Below, in pieces: positions 10,561 through 18,732 of a stretch of DNA of 64,000 bases. The DNA comes from Blastocladiella emersonii ATCC 22665 (taxonomy: Eukaryota; Fungi; Blastocladiomycota). Location: contig JANHCV010000012.1 of assembly GCA_025594325.1 (NCBI GenBank), positions 248,001-312,000 on the forward strand, read 5' to 3'. The translations under genes and the position numbers were made by a program. Every line of letters begins with the position of its first letter. Within the stretch, counting starts at the first letter, position 1. The notes below the pieces were generated by a model, which had not been told where the DNA came from, did not search any database, and was given only the letters and a program-made list of their open reading frames with translations.

Positions 10561-12276
10561 TCAGTCCCAGCCAAGGTCAAAGACAATGCCGCTGCGCTTT
10601 GGGGTCTCGCGGACCTGCTTGACGGGCCGCTCAGGGATCTTCTGGTGACGCTGGATCTTGGGCGCCGTCAGCCCGCTACCCGCTGCCCGCTTGTCCGTGA
10701 ACAGCTTCGCGTCGGTCGGCTTCTTGTAGCCCAGTTGCTTGAGGATCTGTTCGAGGAGCATGTCGGTCTTCTTAGAAGTACCACCGGAATTGTTTTGCGC
10801 GGCGAGCTCCCTGATCATGGCCTCGAGGCTGCTCGTGTCAGCAGGCTGGACAACGACTTGGGGTGCAGGAATAGTGTCCAGCTTGGACCCAAGGTCTTGG
10901 AGCGTCTTGGTCATGGCCTCGTTGCTCTGGGTCTGCCCTTGGATCGCGCCCTGGACGCCGCTTGCGAGCTGGTTCATGAGCACCTGCTGGTTGCTGAGCG
11001 CCGAGGACATGCCCGTGGCAATCTCGGACACAATCGCGCGGTTGCCAGCGTCGATCTGGCGGACAAAGTCGTTGCGTTCGGCTCAGAGCGTGTCCACGAT
11101 CCTGGACGCGAGGTTGGCAAACGAGTCCATGGCCAGTCCCTGAGCGGCCGCCGTCTGATCAATGAGCGCCTGGTACGCCTGGTACTGCATGACCTGGGAC
11201 CCAGCAAACTGCGAGGCAATGAGCTCAAGCGCGGCCATGACGTTTGGGTCATTGTTGTACTGGACCAGGATCTGCTGCCGCATGTCCACGTTCTGCTCGT
11301 AGTAGTTGTTCTCATACTGGGTGATGAACTGCCGCATGTCAATGTTCTGGGTGTCCTGCTGCGTGTAGCTGTTGTAGACGAACTGGTTGAACTGTTGAAA
11401 GTTCTGGACGACGTCGACTTCCATGTCGTCCGTGGTCATCAGCGCCCGCTCGGGGTTGTAGACCTGCAAGTCCTTGGAGCCCTCAATCATGCGTGCCTCG
11501 TCCATGGCCGGGTGGACGTGACCCTCGTTGTACACGCTTGGTCGCTGTGCCACGTCAGGGGCATAGCTTGGTGGCATGACCACAATGTCGCGTGTGCCGT
11601 CATCAAGTCGTGGTGGGAGGTCGTTGCCGCCGTCATTGTCGTTCTGGATCAGTTACCAGCCAGGGATCATGGCGCCGTACTCGTCAATGTCTTGGCCAAC
11701 GTAGTCGCCAGCCTCAACTGGGTACTGCTCGGGCATGACTGGCCGGACAGGCACGGGGAGCAAGTGGTCTGGTACAGCGTCCTCGTCAATGACGTCCAGG
11801 GCTCGCGAGATCTCTTCTGCCAGCTCGTCGCGTTCCTCTTCGCTGCTACCCCTGTCGCTGTCCGTGGCTGACTCGGGGGGCTCTGGTCCAGGACTTGCCG
11901 CTGGTGGAGCGACTGGGACTCGAGTAACCTTGCCCGTTGCCTGGTGCTCTTCCCACGCTTTAAGCGTATCTCGGACGTGCTCCTGGAGGTCCTTGACCTC
12001 GTACCCAGTGACGCTGTCCTGGTGCTTGAGGTAGAACAGCGAGTCGCCTCTTTTGCGGTCAAAGTCGTTGGCATAGCTCTCGGGCGTCACCTTGTAGTCA
12101 AAGGCAAGGATGTAAGGCACCCAGACGTCGAGGAGCTCTTTGGCATTGGGGAACGTGTACTCGCGGCCGTCAATGGTCGCCTTGATCTTCTGCCCTACAA
12201 GGCGCTCTGCCGTGATGCGCCCACCAGTTGCCTTGGTCACTCTTGCAAGTAGATCTGGTACTGTTCTTCGGCCCAT
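10561..12276 (-). pseudogene. Long viral ORF (~571 codons, Q/N-rich helical) interrupted by TAA (11655-11653) and TGA (11085-11083)
   Basis: ORFs 11653..12276, 11083..11583 and 10561..11031 share one frame. The linkers read open: PGW*LIQNDNDGGNDLPPRLDDGTRDIV and VDTL*AERNDFVRQIDAGNRAIV. Confidence 0.7.
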
Positions 12277-12353
12277 GATAGTTACTGTATGGACCGAAAA
12301 TAAAACGTCCCCCTGTTGGTACCTTTTTCCCCGTGGCAGGTGCCTTTTGTCCC

Positions 12354-12605
12354 TCAGACGGTGCTATTTGCCCCCTGGTCCCGGCGCTTGGCGTTGAGTG
12401 CCTTGTAGATCCGGATCTTGACCCGTTCGGCCCGCGCTGCCTCGTCGTTGACGTGTGTGTACCGGTTGGCCTTGCGGTCGCGCTTCCGTAGCCACTTGGC
12501 CTTGTCCTCGTCGCTCTTGCTGTACCAGCTGCTTGGCACAGGCATGGTCCCGGCGAGGTGCTCCTGCCACTTGTCCAGGCTCAGGTCATGGTCGCTGGAA
12601 ATCAT
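12354..12605 (-). CDS. Small basic hypothetical viral protein (83 aa)
   Basis: Fills the gap between neighbouring viral genes; K/R-rich helical C-terminus. Confidence 0.5.
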   Translation of the reverse strand: MISSDHDLSLDKWQEHLAGTMPVPSSWYSKSDEDKAKWLRKRDRKANRYTHVNDEAARAERVKIRIYKALNAKRRDQGANSTV

Positions 12606-12625
12606 TCTGTTTGCTTAAGTTAAAC

Positions 12626-14569
12626 ATGGTCAAGAATATCTTTAACGTCTCAAGTACTGCGTCTCTGACCGTGTCTGCCACTGGGGTCTCTGACGTGTCC
12701 AAGGCATACGTCGACGCGGCCATCAGTACCGTGTATGCCACAGTCGGTGCACCTGTTGCTGGCCCTGGCGTGGCAGTCTCAGGGACCACTGTCTCGGCCA
12801 AGGTCGACGACCAGACCCTTGGCGTGGGCGCAGCAGGGCTCTTTGTCAAGTCGGTCGGCACGGCACAGCTGCTCCCGGCCAGCGTCACGGCCGACAAGGT
12901 CGCGACCATTACAGCAGGGCAGGTCACAGGCAAGCTCGTTGATGCTCAGCTGGATACTGTGTCTGCGTCCAAGGTCGTGGGCGTGCTCAGTGCGTCCAAC
13001 CTCCCAGCCGTTGGGACCTTGGTCCTGGCAGACGGCTCAGTGACTGATGCCAAGGTCGCGTCCGTGTCTGGGTCCAAGCTTGTGGCAGGCACAGTCGGGA
13101 CCTCGGTCCTGGCAGACGGCGCAGTGACTGATGCCAAGGTCGCGTCCGTGTCCGGGTCCAAGCTCGTGGCAGGCACAGTCGGCACGGCAGCTCTCATTGA
13201 CCTGGCAGTCACGGATGCCAAGGTCGCGTCCGTGTCTGGGTCCAAACTCGTTGCAGGGACTATTGGGACGGGAGCCCTGGCAGACGCAGCCGTATCCAAC
13301 GCCAAACTGGCAACTGGCATTGATGGGTCCAAGCTGGCAGCCGGCACAGTCGGCACCTCGGTCCTGGCAGACGCGGCTGTGACCAACGCCAAGCTGGCAA
13401 CTGGCATTGACGGGGCCAAGCTCAACGTCGGGTCCATTGGAACGGTCCAGCTGGCAGCAGGCGCAGTCACAGACGCCAAGGTCACGGACGTGTCGGCGGT
13501 CAAGCTCACTGGGACCCTCGACCCTGCCCGCATCGCCAACGGGACCCTGACCAACGCCAAGCTGGCATCTGGCATTGACTCGGCCAAGCTTGCAGGGACC
13601 ATTGACCTGGCACGACTCCCCGACGTCTCGGCCAAGGTCACAGCCGTGAGCGCGGCCTCGGTCACTGGCACGCTCCCCCAGTCCACCCTTGGGCTCGGCG
13701 CTGACTTTGCCTTTGCGAATACGACGGACAGCTCGACGTCAAGCACTGGAGCAGTCACCATTGCTGGTGGTCTTGGAGTCAGCAAGCAACTGACTGTGCC
13801 CAACGTCCTGGTCCAAAATGCCACGAGCGCAAACCTTGTCTTTGACTCAGCTGCCAATACATTGACGTACGTCGACTTTAAGCAGGCAGGCGTCCTCAAG
13901 AGCAACCTGGCATGCACGGCGGCGGGTAACATTGAGATTGCGTCCGCGACCACGGGCGGGGTCTCCCTTGTGGCAGGTGGCGGCAACGTGGTCGTGGGCT
14001 CGGCGACGCTTGGCACAGAAAAGCTCCGCGTCAATGGCACTGGTCGGTTTACAGGGCAGCTCACCCTTGACCTCGCTCCCGTGGCAGGCACTGACGCGGC
14101 AAACAAGGCGTACGTCGACTCGCGGTCCAGCCTGACCCGGTACGTTGCTCAGGCCGAGCACCGCTCCACAAACGGAGTGACCACGGGCGGCAAGATCATT
14201 GGCGGCACAGCGTCGACAGGTCCGGCCACCTTTGCGTTCCAGTCCACGGCGGGCGCGTTCACGTCCGTGATCAATGGATGCGTCAAACCCCCTGTCAGTG
14301 GCTACTACCTTGTCCATGCAAAGGGCTACTACGCAAACGGCACGCTCCCTGGATCCCACACTGTGAACTTTGCGCTGTACAACATGACGGACATGATTGC
14401 AGTGTCGCTTGTCACCGGGTGCCGCGCTGAAGGCAACGTCCAGTTCCTTCAGTTCTTGAGCATCGAGTACCTTGACGCGGCCAAGAGCTACTCTTTCATC
14501 TGGATCCCGTTGGTGGCAGTTGCCAACGACTGCCAGGTCATCATTCAAAGCCATTGGGCCATGCTCTAA
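12626..14569 (+). CDS. Fibre/spike-like protein (647 aa) with 28-29 aa repeats and putative C1q/TNF-like head
   Basis: ATG in TAAACATG context; repeats (T)xxLADxAVTDAKVASVSGSKLVAGTVG (84-bp DNA period at 13042/13126/13210); KAYVD motifs; TTDSSTSSTGAVTIAGGLGV motif; C-terminal VKPPVSGYYLVHA. Confidence 0.78.
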   Translation: MVKNIFNVSSTASLTVSATGVSDVSKAYVDAAISTVYATVGAPVAGPGVAVSGTTVSAKVDDQTLGVGAAGLFVKSVGTAQLLPASVTADKVATITAGQVTGKLVDAQLDTVSASKVVGVLSASNLPAVGTLVLADGSVTDAKVASVSGSKLVAGTVGTSVLADGAVTDAKVASVSGSKLVAGTVGTAALIDLAVTDAKVASVSGSKLVAGTIGTGALADAAVSNAKLATGIDGSKLAAGTVGTSVLADAAVTNAKLATGIDGAKLNVGSIGTVQLAAGAVTDAKVTDVSAVKLTGTLDPARIANGTLTNAKLASGIDSAKLAGTIDLARLPDVSAKVTAVSAASVTGTLPQSTLGLGADFAFANTTDSSTSSTGAVTIAGGLGVSKQLTVPNVLVQNATSANLVFDSAANTLTYVDFKQAGVLKSNLACTAAGNIEIASATTGGVSLVAGGGNVVVGSATLGTEKLRVNGTGRFTGQLTLDLAPVAGTDAANKAYVDSRSSLTRYVAQAEHRSTNGVTTGGKIIGGTASTGPATFAFQSTAGAFTSVINGCVKPPVSGYYLVHAKGYYANGTLPGSHTVNFALYNMTDMIAVSLVTGCRAEGNVQFLQFLSIEYLDAAKSYSFIWIPLVAVANDCQVIIQSHWAML

Positions 14570-15678
14570 AGCCCGCGGTCCCACTTTTCTTGGACTCGGA
14601 CTGGGACGCGCCTGACCCGGGTCGAGGGCTCCCTTGGTGTGACCGGGGTGCGCGCAACAGGGGGCCTTGGAAGACTTGGGGCCATGCGTGGCCTGGTCGG
14701 CGGGTCCTGGGTTGCTGTGACTGGCTGGACGTCGCTTCGAGGGTAGAAGCCCTTGAGACCTTGGACCTTGTAGCTTGGATTGCTCATGCCTGACCCCTTG
14801 CGCACAACCTGGACCTGGCTCACAGTTGGCGACCAGACCGGCTTCCCCTTGGCCTCCATGGCAGTCTTGTACGGCTCGCGGACTCGGACCTGGGCCCCTA
14901 CCTTCAGCAACGCGCTCAGAGGGTCGCCTTCTGGCTTGCCCTTGGCAGCTCGGATCGCCTTGAGTGTGTCCTTGGCCATTTCGCGGGGCATGTCATGGAA
15001 CTCGTTGGGCGCCCTGCCCGTGGCCCTTGACTTGCTGCTGTTGATCACAGATTCAATGGTCTCGAGGTGCTTGGGCCAGTCGTTGTTGCCTGGGATGGAC
15101 AGCCACGGCGTCAGCATCCGGCGGATGGTCCCATTCATACGCTCAACAACACCTTGACCGTATGGCACGCCTGCCTTGCCCTTGATGTGCTTGACGTCGG
15201 TCCCGGCCTCAATGCCAAAGAACTCGGTGCCATTGTCCGTCTGGATTGTGGCAGGTACAAGGCTGTGCTTGGCGACCACGCCAGACCATGCTTCCCGCGT
15301 CTTGTCCTTGGTCTTGACTGGGCGTAGGTAGACGCGCCGACTCGCGAGGTCGACACACGTAAGAATGTAATGGAAGCCTTTGTACGTACCGTTTTTGCCC
15401 ATGTCAATGAGGTCAAGCTGGAAGTTGCGTCCCGGACTGGTTGAGCTGATGCTTCGAATGTCTTGCCGCTTCTGTGGTGCGCGCTTGTACTGCTGCCACA
15501 CGGACTGGTCGTTGAGCCACCGCTCGAGCTGGGCGCGGTAGATGTGCTTCCCTGTATGCTCGCGGTCAACAATGTCAAAGAGCCGGTGGATCCCAACCCC
15601 GACGTGGCCGCGTTTGTAGTACAAGTCTGTCAGGTACTCGGTCTGTTCAGCAGTCAAAGGTTCTTTGTGTGGGTACAT
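14566..15678 (-). CDS. Polinton-type rve (DDE) integrase with C-terminal SH3-like domain
   Basis: FQLDLIDM (D), YILTCVDLASR, IQTDNGTEF (D), QGVVERMNGTIRR (E), DWPKHL, LKVGAQVRV. Stop overlaps the fibre stop by 4 bp. Confidence 0.95.
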   Translation of the reverse strand: MYPHKEPLTAEQTEYLTDLYYKRGHVGVGIHRLFDIVDREHTGKHIYRAQLERWLNDQSVWQQYKRAPQKRQDIRSISSTSPGRNFQLDLIDMGKNGTYKGFHYILTCVDLASRRVYLRPVKTKDKTREAWSGVVAKHSLVPATIQTDNGTEFFGIEAGTDVKHIKGKAGVPYGQGVVERMNGTIRRMLTPWLSIPGNNDWPKHLETIESVINSSKSRATGRAPNEFHDMPREMAKDTLKAIRAAKGKPEGDPLSALLKVGAQVRVREPYKTAMEAKGKPVWSPTVSQVQVVRKGSGMSNPSYKVQGLKGFYPRSDVQPVTATQDPPTRPRMAPSLPRPPVARTPVTPREPSTRVRRVPVRVQEKWDRGL

Positions 15679-15698
15679 TACAATACAACAGACAAAAG

Positions 15699-16841
15699 TT
15701 ACACCATGTAGTGGGCGACGGCGACAGGCACGCTGTGACCCATCTCATTGGCGCGCTGGGCAATGGCCGCGTAAGCCCCGGCGTTCTCGCTCGCGGCAAT
15801 CCAACGGATCTGCTGCACGCCGCACCCGTCAAACTTGAGCTTCTTGGTAGCAAGGCCAATCGTCTTGGACCAGTCCTTGCAAATGGCCGTGTTCACCTTG
15901 GCGTTGTCAAGGTCCTTGATCGTGTAGTCAAAGAACAGCAGCTCGTAGCCGTCTTCCTTGCGCTTGGCCATGACCCGCTCCAGGGCGTCTGCCACGTTGG
16001 GGTTGGCAATGACGTGCGAGAACTCATAGCCACGACCCTCGGTCTTGACACAGATTGGGCCAGCCAGCGTCTTGGTCTTGGGGTTGTAGGATGGGTACTT
16101 GTCGCTTGGGGCTGTGGTCAGGAACGCGAGGTCGCTGCGGGTCGCGCACACAACTTGGAGGTACAGGCGGAGGTAGCGCATGGTGCCCGTGCACTCGAGC
16201 TTGTCCCATTTCTCAGCAGCAACCGCGGCGGCCAGCAGAACGGCACGGCTTGGAAGGGCGCCCGACTTGAGCTCCTTGCGCACGTCCACGCTGGCGTCGG
16301 CGTCCCGCTTCTTGGCCTCCGTGTACTTGGCCCCAAGCTCAGTCCACCCGTTCCACGTACAGTACTTGGCCAAGGCCTTGAGCGTCTCGACCTGCAGGCC
16401 CTGGACGTTCTTGGACCCCTTGGTCGCGCGGTACGTGGCCACGGCCTTGGACACGGCCTCGACGTCCTGGATGTCCATGCCTGACTTGGCAAATGCAAGG
16501 AGCACGCGAGTCGTCTTCGCCTTGTCCATGTCGCTCAGCGTAGCCTGCTCCCCGTTCTTGTTCACCACGGGCGCGTTGACACATGCCTCAATGGCCTCCT
16601 CGGTCAGCTCGGCGAACTTGACCTCGGGTGCATCGACTTCCACGGGAGTGACTTGCTGATCAGCGCCGTGATCTGGGTCGTGTGACTCGATGGCCTTGAG
16701 TCGCGCGTCAAAGTCCATGAAGCGCTTGTCAATAGACCCAAATACGGGCTGGAGCTTGTCCATGACTTGCTGCACCACGTCTGCGGCAACATGCTGAGCA
16801 AGGGCAACGGCGACCTGGGAGACAAGAGACTTGAGCGACAT
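15699..16841 (-). CDS. Tyrosine recombinase (PLV/virophage type)
   Basis: Catalytic residues in the expected order: ATRSD (R), VKT (K), QQIRWIAAS (R; the HxxR His is Gln), EMGHS (H), AHY (Y) at the C-terminus. Confidence 0.82.
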   Translation of the reverse strand: MSLKSLVSQVAVALAQHVAADVVQQVMDKLQPVFGSIDKRFMDFDARLKAIESHDPDHGADQQVTPVEVDAPEVKFAELTEEAIEACVNAPVVNKNGEQATLSDMDKAKTTRVLLAFAKSGMDIQDVEAVSKAVATYRATKGSKNVQGLQVETLKALAKYCTWNGWTELGAKYTEAKKRDADASVDVRKELKSGALPSRAVLLAAAVAAEKWDKLECTGTMRYLRLYLQVVCATRSDLAFLTTAPSDKYPSYNPKTKTLAGPICVKTEGRGYEFSHVIANPNVADALERVMAKRKEDGYELLFFDYTIKDLDNAKVNTAICKDWSKTIGLATKKLKFDGCGVQQIRWIAASENAGAYAAIAQRANEMGHSVPVAVAHYMV

Positions 16842-16966
16842 GGTTTACTGACTGTCAACAAAAAGGCTCCATGGGCTCAAGTGCGTTTGAACGCAACGTT
16901 CTTTTTTCTGGGTAGCTGGGCCTGGGTCAGGGTCAGGGTGGTGGCAAGTCATGGACCGTGGGAGGG

Positions 16967-17400
16967 CCCAGGTCACGGTTTGAGCGGATTGTGACCTCGG
17001 CCTCTGCTGGCGCCCAAGTCGGGGTCATGGGGGGGGTGGAGGTCAGGTTCTTTGCCCTCAGTCGTGTCCCAGGTCACGGTTTGAGCGGATTGTGACCTTG
17101 GCCTCAACTGGCTCCCAAGTTGAGCTCATGGGGGGTTCGTGACCTCGGCCTCTGCTGGCGCCCAAGTTGGGGTCATGGGGGGGGTGGAGGTCCGGTTCTT
17201 TGCCCTCAGTCGCGTCCCAGGTCACGGTTTGAGCGGATCGTGACCTCGGCCTCAACTGGCTCCCAAGTTGAGCTCATGGGGGGTTTGTGACCTCGGCCTC
17301 TGCTGGCGCCCAAGTCGGGGTCATGGGGGGGGGGGGGGGGGGTGGAGGTCCGGTTCTTCGCCCTCAGTTGCATCCCAGGTCACGGTTTGAGCGGATCGCC
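16967..17400 (+). repeat. Modular tandem repeat, 4 copies (101/148/158-bp spacing)
   Basis: CCCAGGTCACGGTTTGAGCGGAT at 16967, 17068, 17216 and 17374; optional ~47-bp module in copies 2-3; G18 run at 17325-17342. Confidence 0.92.
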
Positions 17401-17585
17401 TGACCCCCCAACCTGACCCCCTGACCTGGCACCCCCGACCCTCCTTGACCCGGCACCCCCAACCTGGCACCCCTGACCTGGCACCCCCGACCCTCCTTGA
17501 CCCGGCACCCCCAACCTGGCACCCCCGACCCTCCTTGACCCGGCACCCCCGACCCTCCTTGACCCAGCACCCCCGACCTGGCACG
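17398..17585 (+). repeat. C-rich CCTGACCCC/CTGGCACCCCCGACCCTCCTTGACC repeats
   Basis: Seen directly; inverse of the left block at 5960-6090. Confidence 0.85.
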
Positions 17586-17606
17586 TCCCTTCCTGCTAAG
17601 ACGCTG

Positions 17607-18183
17607 CCTGCTAAGACGCTCCCCTGCCCTGACCCCGTACCCTGACCCTCTGTCTTTGATTAATACATTGATTAATACATTGATTAATACATTGATGCTG
17701 CTAAGACGCTCCCCTGCCTTGACCCCCGTACCCCAACCTCTTGTCTTTGAAAGTCCCGTTTTTTACTACAGAAACCGTGGTTTGTATAGTACTCTGACTG
17801 TTTCATAGCAAAAAACGGGACTTTTACGGTGATAGCTTCATAGCAGTTGCTTGCGGCAGGTGGTCAGGGACAGGATCGGGGACGGGATCGGAGACTTGAT
17901 CATGGGTTGGCTCATGGATCAGCTCGGGGTCCCTGCTAAGACGCTCCCTCGCCGACCCCCCGTACCCTGACCCTTGTCTTTGATTAATACATTGATTAAT
18001 ACATTGATGCTGCTAAGACGCTCCCCTGCCTTGACCCCCGTACCCCGACCTCTTGTCTTTGAAAGTCCCGTTTTTTACTACAGAAACCGTGGTCTGTATA
18101 GTACTCTGACTGTTTCATAGCAAAAAACGGGACTTTTACGGTGATAGCTTCATAGCAGCCGCTTGCGGCAGGTGGTCAGGGAC
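17607..18183 (+). repeat. ~260-bp direct repeat x2 (17607-17871, 17932-18183), each with a GATTAATACATT array and a 15-bp-stem hairpin
   Basis: Near-identical copies; arms AAAGTCCCGTTTTTT / AAAAAACGGGACTTT at 17750-17764/17810-17824 and 18062-18076/18122-18136; 12-bp unit x3 versus x2. Confidence 0.92.
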
Positions 18184-18410
18184 GGGCTCGGGGGTCAGGT
18201 CAGGGACGGGCTCGGGGGTCAGGTCAGGGACAGGCTCGGGGGTCAGGTCAGGGACCAGACCAGGGAACTCTGTCAGTGGGTAGCCGCAGCTGCGCTGCTC
18301 TTCGTCTCGCTGCGCTCGCCGGCCGCCGCCGACCGCTCAGGGTAAGCAATGGTCAGGGACCAGCTCGGGGGTCAGGTCAGGGACGGGCTCGGGGGTCAGG
18401 TCAGGGACTC
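18170..18410 (+). repeat. GGTCAGGGACGGGCTCGGGGGTCA repeats
   Basis: Several ~28-bp copies seen directly. Confidence 0.85.
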
Positions 18411-18447
18411 ACTCCTCGACCACTCGCCCCTCCCTTCCGCCCACCCT

Positions 18448-18633
18448 CCCGCCCACCTGCTTCGGCCTTCGGCCTCCGATCCGGGTGGCGAAATCCCTAA
18501 GGATATCGCTATATTCATTATGAGTCACTTGGGGTAAGCAATGAGATATCACGTGGGTTAGCCCGGGTGGATAGAGTCCAGAGGCGAAGTCCCTAAGGGC
18601 AGCCGCGTGCCGTATCCCTATAGGGATACGGCA
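18448..18633 (-). repeat. Right terminal inverted repeat ending in the same 26-bp palindrome (18608-18633)
   Basis: Reverse complement of the left TIR blocks. Confidence 0.95.
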
Positions 18634-18732
18634 TGAAGAATGAGATGAGGGTTGTGTTCGCTGCGGATCATGTTCACTGGTCTTGCGGGCGGGTAGAAAC
18701 AATGACATTTATTTATGCTCGACGCACGTGCA

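Larger units (their letters stand above)
5167..18645. mobile_element. Endogenous Polinton-like virus (PLV), ~13.5 kb
   Basis: Terminal inverted repeats enclose MCP, mCP, A32-like ATPase, fibre, rve integrase and tyrosine recombinase genes. These genes are intronless and tightly packed, with codon usage visibly different from the host. Confidence 0.93.

Noticed and set aside
9127-11085. TGA reassigned to Trp (alternative genetic code) in the virus
   Set aside because: TGA is the real terminator of mCP (7405) and of the 10561 ORF, and a TAA interruption also exists.
16967-17400. Possible CRISPR array (repeat with variable spacing)
   Set aside because: The intervening sequence is built from the same repeated modules, not unique spacers.
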